Below are positions 1 to 8,876 of a stretch of 50,999 bases of DNA, one piece after another. The position numbers and the translations under genes were made by a program. A model generated the notes under the pieces. It was not told the DNA's origin and made no database searches. It saw only the letters and a list, made by a program, of their open reading frames with translations. The DNA comes from an uncultured Gemmatimonadota bacterium (GTDB lineage: Bacteria > SM23-81 > DAOVCL01), in NCBI GenBank assembly GCA_964626665.1, contig CAZVGK010000026.1, forward strand, positions 1-50,999. Direction: 5' to 3'. The number at the start of each line of letters is the position of its first letter. Positions within the stretch are counted from its first letter, which is position 1.

Positions 1-1263
1 GGTCTCAAATATTTTCCTGGCCTGAAGTATCTGTCCAAATCCCTCTGAACGAGTCTCCCCATCCTCAACCAAAATCTTGCCACTATAAAGGAAACTGACG
101 GCCAGGTCATATTGTGCCTCCGCCTCCCCTAACAAAGAGATGCTGCGGGCAAAATGATCTCTCGCCTTTCGTCTCTCCTCTTTCGCCTCTCGTTCCTCGC
201 CTCTCTTCTGATACACTGCCCCCAGGAGCCGATGGGCAAGGCCTTCATCATAGGCAGAGCCAAGCCTTTTAGATATTCTCAGGCTACGCTCTCCATAGCT
301 GAGGGCACCATCCAAATTGCCCCGCATAAGACAGACCCAGCCTAACCTCTCGCTTGCCTCCATCACCACATCACCCTCCGGGGCTATGCGATAACCAATC
401 TGCAGGGCCTGCATTAAAGCTTGCTCGGCTGCCTCCAAGTGGGAACCTCCCTCCCGCTCGGCCAGGGCTATCTCCCACCAGCCCCTACTCTCCCATACAG
501 TTGCCCTTTCCCTCTGATAATCACCCGCATCGGCGAGTTTTTGGGCTCGATCTAAAAGTTCGGACACTCCATCCCATCTCCTCTGCAGGATGTAGAGCCT
601 ACAAAGCGCCGTTGCCCTCCTGGCAATCTCCAGGCTATTATTCAGGCCCTCGTATAATTTCAAACTATATCTCAACATTTTGGAGGCGAGTGGCCACTGG
701 CCTGTAACGATATAACAACAACCGACATTGCCCTTTACCATTGCCCTTAGCCACCGATCATCTATAGCTTTCCTCTTGCATAACTCTATAGCCTCAGTGA
801 GATGCCGTATGGCTTCCTTTGTGCGACCGCTGAGGAAATAACCTTGCCCTAATGTATTGAGCACTTGGGCTTTCCTCCTCTCATCCTCCAACCTGTCAAA
901 CTGAGAAAGTGCATTCCTCAAATACCGGAGGGCAATCTTTGTCTCCCCCAGGGCCAAGTGCATCTTGCCCACTATCCATTCAATCGTCCCTATCTCCTTA
1001 TGCCTGTCAGTGTGCTTCAATACCTCGTATGCCCCCTCGGCTATCTCGGTATCATACCTGCCCAGTTGTTCCTGGGCAAAGGCCAACCTCACCTGTAGCT
1101 CCGCCCACTCCACATCCCTTTCCCCTGGAGTATACCCTCTACAGAAAGTCTCAATCTCCTCCACAACTTTGGCATACTCTCTCTTCTTAAGGAGAGCTTC
1201 AACCTTTTCCTTTAGCTCCCTCAGAGCCACCCTTCCTTCCCATAGCTTTGCTCTGGTCTCCAT
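1..1263 (-). CDS. Tetratricopeptide-repeat (TPR) protein, 3' end outside the window (partial, at least 421 aa)
   Basis: Not in the ORF track. Manual translation from ATG at 1263 (METRAKLWEGRVAL...) stays open to base 1. Repeated TPR-like helix pairs include AQVLNTLGQGYFLSGRTKEAIRHLTEAIEL, EASERLGWVCLMRGNLDGALSYGERSLRI and LAHRLLGAVYQKRGE. A GGGGGTGG SD-like motif lies upstream. Confidence 0.85.
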   Translation of the reverse strand, partial: METRAKLWEGRVALRELKEKVEALLKKREYAKVVEEIETFCRGYTPGERDVEWAELQVRLAFAQEQLGRYDTEIAEGAYEVLKHTDRHKEIGTIEWIVGKMHLALGETKIALRYLRNALSQFDRLEDERRKAQVLNTLGQGYFLSGRTKEAIRHLTEAIELCKRKAIDDRWLRAMVKGNVGCCYIVTGQWPLASKMLRYSLKLYEGLNNSLEIARRATALCRLYILQRRWDGVSELLDRAQKLADAGDYQRERATVWESRGWWEIALAEREGGSHLEAAEQALMQALQIGYRIAPEGDVVMEASERLGWVCLMRGNLDGALSYGERSLRISKRLGSAYDEGLAHRLLGAVYQKRGEEREAKEERRKARDHFARSISLLGEAEAQYDLAVSFLYSGKILVEDGETRSEGFGQILQARKIFET

Positions 1264-1280
1264 CTTATCCACCCCCATCC

Positions 1281-1601
1281 CTACTTGCCCCCAAGGAGCA
1301 GCTTGAGGTTAAAGAGGAAGAGTTGAACCCGAGTCCAGAATGTCTTCTGCGGTTTCCATTGAACCTTCTGGGGTTCAACCATGACTCCTGAGTTGGTGGA
1401 ATTGACTGAAGAATATGTGGAATTCGGACCTGAGGGTGGTGGAGGAGCTACCTTATTCCATCCCCCGTCACTCCACGGCCAGGCGGCGCAGAGCAGCCGT
1501 TCCTCTCCCGTGTTGGCCGATGCTGGCTTTGACCAGAAGCTACTCACAGGACCCAACACAAAGGCTAAAACCAGCAAACCAACCCATAATTTTCTCATCA
1601 T
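1281..1601 (-). CDS. Small exported protein/peptide precursor (106 aa)
   Basis: Sec-type signal peptide (MMRKLWVGLLVLAFVLG...PASA), Trp-rich WPWSDGGW core, Pro/Ser/Asn linker and hydrophobic C-terminus. GAGGTGA SD upstream. Ends 17 nt before the TPR gene. Confidence 0.75.
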   Translation of the reverse strand: MMRKLWVGLLVLAFVLGPVSSFWSKPASANTGEERLLCAAWPWSDGGWNKVAPPPPSGPNSTYSSVNSTNSGVMVEPQKVQWKPQKTFWTRVQLFLFNLKLLLGGK

Positions 1602-1922
1602 TTTACCATCACCTCACAATGGGGGAAAATTTTGAATGAAGAATTGCGAATTAAGAATGAAAAAACCTAATGATTGCAACGACAAGGATAGCAGAACAGG
1701 GTTCTGCTCCATCGAGCGATTCTTCTACCGCACTTTAGTACGGGTTATGGTCCTTTAGGGCCCTATCCGGGGCTAAAACCCCAAACACCCCGACTAAAGT
1801 TGGGTAAAACCAATTCTGACACTTTCTCCTTCTGGTGGCAGGATAGGGTTGTCCTAACTCATTTCACCCAGAATTTAGGAGAAGACTATGGCACTTTGTA
1901 ATTGTTTCAGATTTCAACTCCA

Positions 1923-1951
1923 AATATAAGCCCAAAATCGCTTCTTGTCAA
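1923..1951 (-). promoter_or_regulatory. Sigma70-type promoter for the peptide-TPR unit
   Basis: Minus strand reads TTGACA-N17-TATATT. Confidence 0.6.
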
Positions 1952-2084
1952 GCTTTTTTCTTGGTTCCTCCGAATTTTTCCGTCAGGGCAGGAGCTTTGA
2001 CGGCACTAAAGATCCCCCAAATAGAGCCTTCTTAACTCCAGTTCCGAAGCTTTTACCTCGCATTTTAAAGCAGGATTTGGAGAT

Positions 2085-2810
2085 TTAGGCTCCCTTGGCT
2101 ATGGTCAGGGTGAGGCCATAGACCTCCTTGGCTCCTCCCTTTACGAGGGCCTCAGCACAACTGTTCAGGGTGGAACCGGTGGTAAAGACATCATCCACCA
2201 AGATAAGCCTCTTGCCCTCTATCTTCTTTCTTGAGCTTACCCGAAAGGCTCCTTTCACATTCTCCACCCTCTCCTCAAAGGTTAATTTCGTCTGGCTTTT
2301 CGTCCTCTTCACCCTGAGGAGTCCATCATCAATGAGGGGAAGGCCTGACCGTCGAGAGATCTCCTGGGCAAGGAGCAAGCTCTGGTTGTAGCCCCTCTCC
2401 CGTAGCTTTGTGGGATGAAGGGGAACGGGAACTATCCCCTGAGCAGGGGCAAACCTTGGTTCTCCTTTCAGGAGGAAGGTGAGCTTCTCTCCCAATTTAG
2501 TTGCCAAACTGGTCATCCGTTCATACTTGAGACTGTGGATGAGGGTCTGATACCTTTGGTTAAATGGCCCCAAGGAGCGGTTAAAGCTAAAATAATATCC
2601 CTTCTTCCGGCAGGAATTACAGAGTAGCTTCTCAGGTCCTATGGGGCAGCCGCATAATTGACAAAAGTTATCGTAGATTATCTCCATCCTGGCCCAGCAG
2701 TTTCCACAGACTATCCTTTCATCGTCTCTCAGGGGGGAGTCGCAGATAAGGCAATAAGAGGGGAAGATGAAAGCTAAAAATGAGCTTATGGCCTTCTTGC
2801 CGATATTCAT
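2085..2810 (-). CDS. comF: ComF family protein (double zinc ribbon + phosphoribosyltransferase)
   Basis: CxxC pairs, PVPLH...RGYNQ and LILVDDVFTTGST motifs. Start placed at the ATGA overlap with the lgt stop (2810-2807). Confidence 0.92.
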   Translation of the reverse strand: MNIGKKAISSFLAFIFPSYCLICDSPLRDDERIVCGNCWARMEIIYDNFCQLCGCPIGPEKLLCNSCRKKGYYFSFNRSLGPFNQRYQTLIHSLKYERMTSLATKLGEKLTFLLKGEPRFAPAQGIVPVPLHPTKLRERGYNQSLLLAQEISRRSGLPLIDDGLLRVKRTKSQTKLTFEERVENVKGAFRVSSRKKIEGKRLILVDDVFTTGSTLNSCAEALVKGGAKEVYGLTLTIAKGA

Positions 2811-3607
2811 CTTTTCCTGAGCCTCAGGAGATTCCAAATCGCTCCGGCTATGAGGATGGTGGCCACACAGACCCCCTGATTTACGGAGAAGGGTACCCCG
2901 CCTATTTTGGTCAAGACCATACTCTCCTCATAATAGCGCAGGAAATCGACCAGGAAACGAGCCACACAATAGAAGCCAATCATGAGCCAAGTGGTAAACC
3001 CAGAAAAACTCTTATGCCTTTCTAAGTAGAGGAGCAAGAAAAAGCCCCCCAGTCCATAAAGGGAGGAGTAAAGTTGGGTAGGATGGAGGGAACGGTGGGG
3101 ATAGATGAGGCCTGCCGGGCTTTGGACCGGAAAGGTTACCGCAAAGGGGGAGGATGAAGGCCTACCGAAGCAGCATCCATTGAGGAAACAGCCTATGCGG
3201 GTGAAGAAAATCCCCAAGGGGAATGAGGGGGCCACGATGTCGGTAATTTTCCAGATATTTTCTCCCTTAAGGTGTAGGTAGAAAAGAGAGGTCAGGATAG
3301 AGAAGGCTATCCCTCCTACCATAGAGAGCCCCCCAATTCCCCACTGACCCGTGCTCTGATAGGGACTGATTATATCTAAGGGATGAAGGGCGAACTCCTC
3401 CCAATGAAAGGCCACATAGAATAGCCTGGAACCGACCAGAGCAGATCCAATGATGATCAAGGCGAGATTCATTATCAGGTTGGGGTTTATCCCCTGATGT
3501 TTAGCTCTCCGCTGCGCAAACCAGATCCCCACCACGCAGGAGATGGCGAACATAACCCCCCAGGATCTTATCTCAAAAGGCCCCAATTTGAAGAGGATGG
3601 GGTGCAT
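2807..3607 (-). CDS. lgt: Prolipoprotein diacylglyceryl transferase
   Basis: MHPILF...EIRSWG, GSRLFYV, RIGCFLNGCCFG, HPTQLY and RFLVDFLR motifs. Confidence 0.95.
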   Translation of the reverse strand: MHPILFKLGPFEIRSWGVMFAISCVVGIWFAQRRAKHQGINPNLIMNLALIIIGSALVGSRLFYVAFHWEEFALHPLDIISPYQSTGQWGIGGLSMVGGIAFSILTSLFYLHLKGENIWKITDIVAPSFPLGIFFTRIGCFLNGCCFGRPSSSPFAVTFPVQSPAGLIYPHRSLHPTQLYSSLYGLGGFFLLLYLERHKSFSGFTTWLMIGFYCVARFLVDFLRYYEESMVLTKIGGVPFSVNQGVCVATILIAGAIWNLLRLRKR

Positions 3608-3910
3608 CGACGCTTCCTCCCTTGATTAAACTCCAACAGATGGTCTTTCCCATTATAAAAAGATTCTCCTGAGTATATTAAAACACCAAAAGATATGCCA
3701 ACAAAAATATAGGAACGTCCCAACTTTTCATGATCGTAACAGTTCACGGAGGTCAGGGCTCGCCGGTCGGGAATCATTCTCTATAAATCCTTTTTATTCT
3801 ATTTCTGCTCTCTTATCCGCCACCTGCATTAACTAATCCAAACCGTTCAGTTATCCGAACTTCGGCTCTGTTGCTTTTCCTGATCTCTGTTTGTTGATCC
3901 CAGCGAACTG

Positions 3911-4027
3911 CTACCTTTCCTCTTGCTTTAGCCCCCTTTTCCTTTGGGCTATCCAGAGGCACCAGCCCAGGCCGCCGTAGAGGACCAGGCACCCGAATAT
4001 CAACATAATTATGGCAGATGTGGGCAT
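3911..4027 (-). CDS. MetS-family NSS transporter small subunit (38 aa)
   Basis: Manual translation MPTSAIIMLIFGCLVLYGGLGWCLWIAQRKRGLKQEER. One TM helix with the SAIIM...LYGGL pattern, starting 1 nt after the NSS transporter stop. Confidence 0.85.
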   Translation of the reverse strand: MPTSAIIMLIFGCLVLYGGLGWCLWIAQRKRGLKQEER

Positions 4028-4028
4028 C

Positions 4029-5504
4029 TTATCTCCTCTTTTTGATAAACATAAAGGCAATGGCTAAAACTATAGCTAAACCGACTACCCCCCATCCGCC
4101 AACTCCCAAGGCCCAGCCGGGGTAACCTCCATAGTGGGTCCTGATTGTCTCCCAGAAGACATAGCCCAGGATCCCCAGGAGGATCAAGGGGGAGACAAAC
4201 CTGATGAGGATATCCCACCATCCTCCTATGCTAAAGTCCGAATCCTTGTTGGCAAATCCCCTTAGCTTGGATGGGCCGAAGAAGTAGCCAATAACCAGAC
4301 ATTCGGCCAGGCAGATGGGGACAAGTCCAAAGTTGTTCAGGAAATGGTCCACGATGTCCAGCCAATGGAGCCCACCATTTGTAGTAAATACTATTCCCAG
4401 AAGGAAGGCCACCCCACAGAAGATGAGGTTGGCTTTTTTGCGAGTGAGCCCCCAGCGGTCCATCCCTCCGGCCACAACTGCCTCTACCAGGGAGAAGGCG
4501 GAATCAATTCCCAGGGTTAAAAGCATAATAAAGAAGAGAACCCCAAAGATGGAGGCAGCAAAGGGGAGGAGGCTGATCACCGTGGGGTAAGTGACAAAGG
4601 CCAAACCAAGGCCCTCCGCTCCCGAGATTACATCTCCCACCCCTACATTTGTGGCCTGGGCAAGGTAACCCAGGGTGCTAAAGACGGCAAAGCCGGCGAA
4701 GAAGCTGGTGCCGGCGTTGGCTAAGCTGGTAATAAAGCCGTTGTTTACTATGTCTGACTTGCGGGGGAGATAACTGGCATAAGCGATCAAAATTCCAAAG
4801 CCCAGGGAGAGGGAGAAGAATATCTGGGAGTAGGCGGCAAGCCAAACCTTGGGATCCTTGAGGGCGGAGAATTTGGGGGTGAGGTAGAAGCGGAGGCCCT
4901 CAATGGCCCCGGGCAGGGTCAATCCCCGAACTACCAGGATGGCCAGGAGAAGCATAGGCAGGGGAACGGTGATCAGCACCACCTTGCCCACGCTCTTCGT
5001 TCCCTTGGAGATGCAGAGGTAGATGACTATCCAGGTGAGGAGGAGACCCAAGAGGATGGGCCAGCGAATCCCTCCCAAGGAACCTGGCCCCGCGGAGAGG
5101 TGAAGGAACCCCTGCTTGAAGAATGTCCCTGCTGAATTCCCCCAAGCAAGTTTCAGGGAATGGACCAGATAAGAGAAGCACCAGCTCATAATGACCGCAT
5201 AGTAGGTGGTGATGAAGAAGCCCACCAAAATAGCCCACCATCCTACCCACTCTGCCTTCTTCTTTACCAGGAGAAACGATTTGGGAGCAGACCCCTGCAT
5301 CATATGGCCCAGGCCGAACTCCAAGATCATCAAGGGAATGCCGGTGGTGAAGAGGGCCACAAAGTAGGGGATAAGGAATGCTCCCCCACCATTCTGGTAA
5401 CAAATATAGGGAAACCTCCAAACATTCCCCAGGCCCACGGCTGAACCTATGGCAGCCAGGATAAAACTTGACCTCTTCTGCCATCTATCCTCGGCGACCT
5501 CCAT
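4029..5504 (-). CDS. Sodium-dependent transporter, NSS/SNF family
   Basis: FILAAIGSAVGLGNVWRFPY, GGGAFLIPY and QIFFSLSLGFG motifs, with about 11-12 TM segments. Confidence 0.96.
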   Translation of the reverse strand: MEVAEDRWQKRSSFILAAIGSAVGLGNVWRFPYICYQNGGGAFLIPYFVALFTTGIPLMILEFGLGHMMQGSAPKSFLLVKKKAEWVGWWAILVGFFITTYYAVIMSWCFSYLVHSLKLAWGNSAGTFFKQGFLHLSAGPGSLGGIRWPILLGLLLTWIVIYLCISKGTKSVGKVVLITVPLPMLLLAILVVRGLTLPGAIEGLRFYLTPKFSALKDPKVWLAAYSQIFFSLSLGFGILIAYASYLPRKSDIVNNGFITSLANAGTSFFAGFAVFSTLGYLAQATNVGVGDVISGAEGLGLAFVTYPTVISLLPFAASIFGVLFFIMLLTLGIDSAFSLVEAVVAGGMDRWGLTRKKANLIFCGVAFLLGIVFTTNGGLHWLDIVDHFLNNFGLVPICLAECLVIGYFFGPSKLRGFANKDSDFSIGGWWDILIRFVSPLILLGILGYVFWETIRTHYGGYPGWALGVGGWGVVGLAIVLAIAFMFIKKRR

Positions 5505-5848
5505 CCTTCCTCCTTTCCAATGTTGACTGCGGAATGTGGGTTAAGAAAGCGTCAGGTTTTGGGGTTCTTCTACTGCACTTTAGCCCTGCATAGGGGCCTT
5601 TAGGCCCCTATTTGGAGTGCTGTGACACGGTCACAGCACTCCAAATAGGCTAAAGCCCTCTCCAACCTTTGCTCTTTGTGGATGTTATCATCCACAAAGA
5701 GTCTCCTCTCTGTCAGGGCAGGAGCCCTGACAGCACGAATTGCCCCTTCCCATGTGGTCCCGTGAGTTTCCGTGGTAAATTTATCTATTCGTGTAGATTC
5801 GTTTATTTGGGTCATTCGTGTTCTATGGGAGCGGTGAAATCATTGGTT

Positions 5849-6295
5849 TTACCCAAGGGGCAACCCAAATCTCAAAAGCCTAAGCAACAAATTTGCCAAT
5901 ATCCCTGCCCCCAGGTCATCGGCCATAACTCCCCACCCACCTTTCAGCTCTTGGAGTTTGTTCAAGGGAGGAGGTTTGAAGATGTCAAACAAGCGGAAGA
6001 GAGTAAAGGCGGCTGCCAAGCTCGTGAGGGAATGGGGAGAGGCCAAGAAGGCAACCATCATCCCGCTGATCTCATCGATGACAATATGTGGGCTATCCCT
6101 CCCCAAGGTCTCCTCCGCCTTCCCCGAGGACCATAACCCCAAGGGGATGAGAATGATGGTTAAAAGCAGATAAAGTGGCCTAAAAGGAGAGAGGTACCAG
6201 CCCATTGCGGCGGCCAGCAGGCTGCCCGTTGTCCCTGGGGCCAGAGGGGAATAGCCTAGCCCCAACCCGGTGGATATGACCAGGGAAGCCTTTAT
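5849..6295 (-). CDS. pgpA: Phosphatidylglycerophosphatase A (start uncertain)
   Basis: GLGYSPLAPGTTGSL, DSPHIVIDEISG, FRLFDIFKP and GVMADDL motifs. There is no ATG/GTG near the expected start. The ORF-track start at 6418 lies deep inside pgsA. Confidence 0.88.
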   Translation of the reverse strand: MKASLVISTGLGLGYSPLAPGTTGSLLAAAMGWYLSPFRPLYLLLTIILIPLGLWSSGKAEETLGRDSPHIVIDEISGMMVAFLASPHSLTSLAAAFTLFRLFDIFKPPPLNKLQELKGGWGVMADDLGAGILANLLLRLLRFGLPLG

Positions 6296-6873
6296 CTTAA
6301 AATCCCCTTCAGGGAGGAGGCGTATTTTATCAGGTAGTCTATTCCGGTTATCAAGGTGAGGACCATTACTGCAAAGACCATCCCGTTGTAGATGTGAGAA
6401 ACCAAGGCCTGGTTCCAAAGGTGATTTTCCAATAGGGCAAAGGTGTCCTTAAGGTTGGTGGAGAGCAGAATGATGATAATAACCGTCATCTGGGCCCCCG
6501 TCTTCCACTTGGCCAAAGGGCTGGGGGTGATCACCACCCCCCTGTAGGCGACCAGGGAGCGAAGGCCAGTGATCAGGAACTCCCTGAGGATGATCACCAA
6601 GACCATCCAGGTCCTTATATAGCCTGCCGCTACGAAGGCTACAAAGGCGGTAGAGGTGAGGAGCTTATCAGCGAGGGGGTCCATAAACTTCCCGAAGTTG
6701 GTTATCACCCCTGTCTTTCTGGCTAGATAGCCATCATAGAGATCGGTAAGGGAGGCCCCCAAGAAGATGAGTAGGGCTATGTAGTGGGACCAGGATCGGG
6801 GAATGAGGAAGAAGATGAGGAAGAAGGGGCTGAGGATAATCCTGGTCACAGTGAGTTTGTTGGGGAGATTCAT
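6292..6873 (-). CDS. pgsA: CDP-diacylglycerol--glycerol-3-phosphate 3-phosphatidyltransferase
   Basis: MNLPNKLT start and CDP-alcohol phosphotransferase motif DLYDGYLARKTGVITNFGKFMDPLADK. Confidence 0.95.
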   Translation of the reverse strand: MNLPNKLTVTRIILSPFFLIFFLIPRSWSHYIALLIFLGASLTDLYDGYLARKTGVITNFGKFMDPLADKLLTSTAFVAFVAAGYIRTWMVLVIILREFLITGLRSLVAYRGVVITPSPLAKWKTGAQMTVIIIILLSTNLKDTFALLENHLWNQALVSHIYNGMVFAVMVLTLITGIDYLIKYASSLKGILR

Positions 6874-6941
6874 TCTCTTTGCTCTCGCTCTGAAGCTCCC
6901 GTAAGGATAAAGCCTCAAACGGGGGTAGTCAAGCATAATCT

Positions 6942-8876
6942 TTACAGGTTAAGGTCAAACTGGACTCCCATCTCAGAGATGGTGTTCCCCTCCCTCTCCT
7001 CATAGCCGGTTCCCGTGGTCTTCTTCCCCCAGTAGAGGGTGTGAGAGTATTTGAAGGAGATCCGGATGGAGGGAAGGAGGTGAAACCTTCCCCAAAGGCA
7101 AAACCTTCTCCCCTCACCGAAGAGGGGGAGACTACGGATAACCCCTGGCAATCCCCCCTCATATGTCCAGATGCGGCTGTCGTAGGAGTCCGTTTGAAAG
7201 AAGTGAACCCCACATCCAACTCTGACCTCTCCCTTGGGACGAACTGTCAAGTCCAACCTGAGGAGATTTCCTTTTTCTCTTTGTTGGGCTGGTAAGTTAA
7301 CCCATAGTCTCTCCCACCTCTGGCGGAATGAGATCACCCCTGATGGTTTCCAATCCATCTGGAAGCGGACACCTCTCTTGCTGTAATCTTGGTTGATGGA
7401 TCTCTTGTTCCCATATCTATCGGAGATCTTTGTGGCTAACTCGCTTTTAGTCCCTGTTCCCCTCAGGCTAAGGTCAAACCCCCTAATAATCCTCCTCTTC
7501 AGGAGTATCAGGTATTTCTCCCCCTCCCAGGGCATAACCTGGTAGTAGCCCCTCCAGGGGTGCCTGAACTGGTCTAAATAGAACCTCAACTCCGTCTTGG
7601 GTAGAACTTTTAACATGAGCCCAAGATAGAATCCATCTTCATTGGTGGGCCTGGAGTCGGAGAAACCGCCGGAGTAGAGGTTGACGAAGGAGGGAGGATA
7701 ATGGCGATAGGCCACGGTAGCCTCAATCACTTTCTCTTCCAGTTGAGTCCCCCAGATCCAGGCTGAGCCCTCTGAAGAGAAGGCCAACTCTCCAAATATG
7801 TTTATGGCTCCAAGCTGAGCATTGAGATCGACCCCTCCAATCCTCTTCTCCTTCCCCCGCAGGGAAAATCTCCTTCTCTCATAATCAGGGTTGAAGAGAC
7901 AAGGGCTATATCGGCTGAGGTAAAAGGTAGAGCCCAGTCTGAGAAAGGATATGGGATCACCCTCTATCCTCAAGCCATATATCCTCTCTTTTAGTTGGTT
8001 CCGTTTATCCTCCTCAGTCCCGGTACGATGATAGCCACCCTGGTAAACGGATGAAGCGTAGCCATCCTCTGTTATGGTGGCATCAAGCCTCCTGTCCGAG
8101 AGGAAGGCAGAGATCAGTAGTGACCTGAAGGAGAGCTTTAGCCCCAGCCCATTCAGGGAGTAGAGTTGATCCGTCGGGGTATAGGGTATGAGCCCCCTTC
8201 CCTTCCTTTTCACCCCCTGGATCACATCCTCCCCTTTATAGGGGCTATATCCTGTCCAGAGGGTAAGCCCTTGGGCAAACTGGGCCTGGTAGTTGCCCAG
8301 GATAATTTGGATTGGGGGTTGTTGTAAGGAAATATAGGAAGAGAGAAGATCATCTAACTTTCTCTCACCAGGGTCTTTCTCGGCGAGAAATCCCACCTCT
8401 AACCTATCCCCCAATTTTACCCTTCCTCTGGTATAGACCTTGAGGGGACCTCCGATATAATTCCCCTCCAGAATTCCTCTGGGCTTTGGATGTTTGGTTT
8501 CCAGCCTAAGCCTTAGTCCTCCAGAGGGTGGTTGGACCCTCTTTTCTATCCGGAAGAAGGGGGATACCTTAAGCCAGGTCCTCCTTTCCATTCCCCTTAC
8601 CTCAAGTAAATCCTCTATCCTCTTGAACCCTCTCCTTTTCTCCCTCTCCTTAATTATCTCCTTGGCCAGAGCCGGGGAAAGATAGGGAACGGCCTCCAGC
8701 TCAGCAAGCCCTGCCTTGTTGGGATCTAAGGGATGGTCGCGGAGCCACTCTATCTGGGCCAACTTCTCCTCGGGCTTGGCTGATTTGCTCTCTACCTCCA
8801 AGAGATCCTCATACTGGGCCAGTAGGCAGGAGGGGAAGAGCAAGCAGAGAAGGAGCAATTTACCTATCAGCTTCAT
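6942..8876 (-). CDS. Exported protein with N-terminal ComEA-like helix-hairpin-helix domain and probable large outer-membrane beta-barrel
   Basis: Signal peptide, HhH segment LDPNKAGLAELEAVPYLSPALAKEII...GFKRIEDLLEVRGM, then alternating amphipathic strands ending MGVQFDLNL. Confidence 0.75.
   Translation of the reverse strand: MKLIGKLLLLCLLFPSCLLAQYEDLLEVESKSAKPEEKLAQIEWLRDHPLDPNKAGLAELEAVPYLSPALAKEIIKEREKRRGFKRIEDLLEVRGMERRTWLKVSPFFRIEKRVQPPSGGLRLRLETKHPKPRGILEGNYIGGPLKVYTRGRVKLGDRLEVGFLAEKDPGERKLDDLLSSYISLQQPPIQIILGNYQAQFAQGLTLWTGYSPYKGEDVIQGVKRKGRGLIPYTPTDQLYSLNGLGLKLSFRSLLISAFLSDRRLDATITEDGYASSVYQGGYHRTGTEEDKRNQLKERIYGLRIEGDPISFLRLGSTFYLSRYSPCLFNPDYERRRFSLRGKEKRIGGVDLNAQLGAINIFGELAFSSEGSAWIWGTQLEEKVIEATVAYRHYPPSFVNLYSGGFSDSRPTNEDGFYLGLMLKVLPKTELRFYLDQFRHPWRGYYQVMPWEGEKYLILLKRRIIRGFDLSLRGTGTKSELATKISDRYGNKRSINQDYSKRGVRFQMDWKPSGVISFRQRWERLWVNLPAQQREKGNLLRLDLTVRPKGEVRVGCGVHFFQTDSYDSRIWTYEGGLPGVIRSLPLFGEGRRFCLWGRFHLLPSIRISFKYSHTLYWGKKTTGTGYEEREGNTISEMGVQFDLNL

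Noticed and set aside
154-1306. Plus-strand ORFs of 63-117 aa
   Set aside because: Antisense to the long TPR reading frame, with no recognisable protein features.
3690-3715. Sigma54-like TGGCATATCTTTTGG upstream of lgt
   Set aside because: The -12 GC is absent (GG), and a TATAAT box lies closer to the gene.
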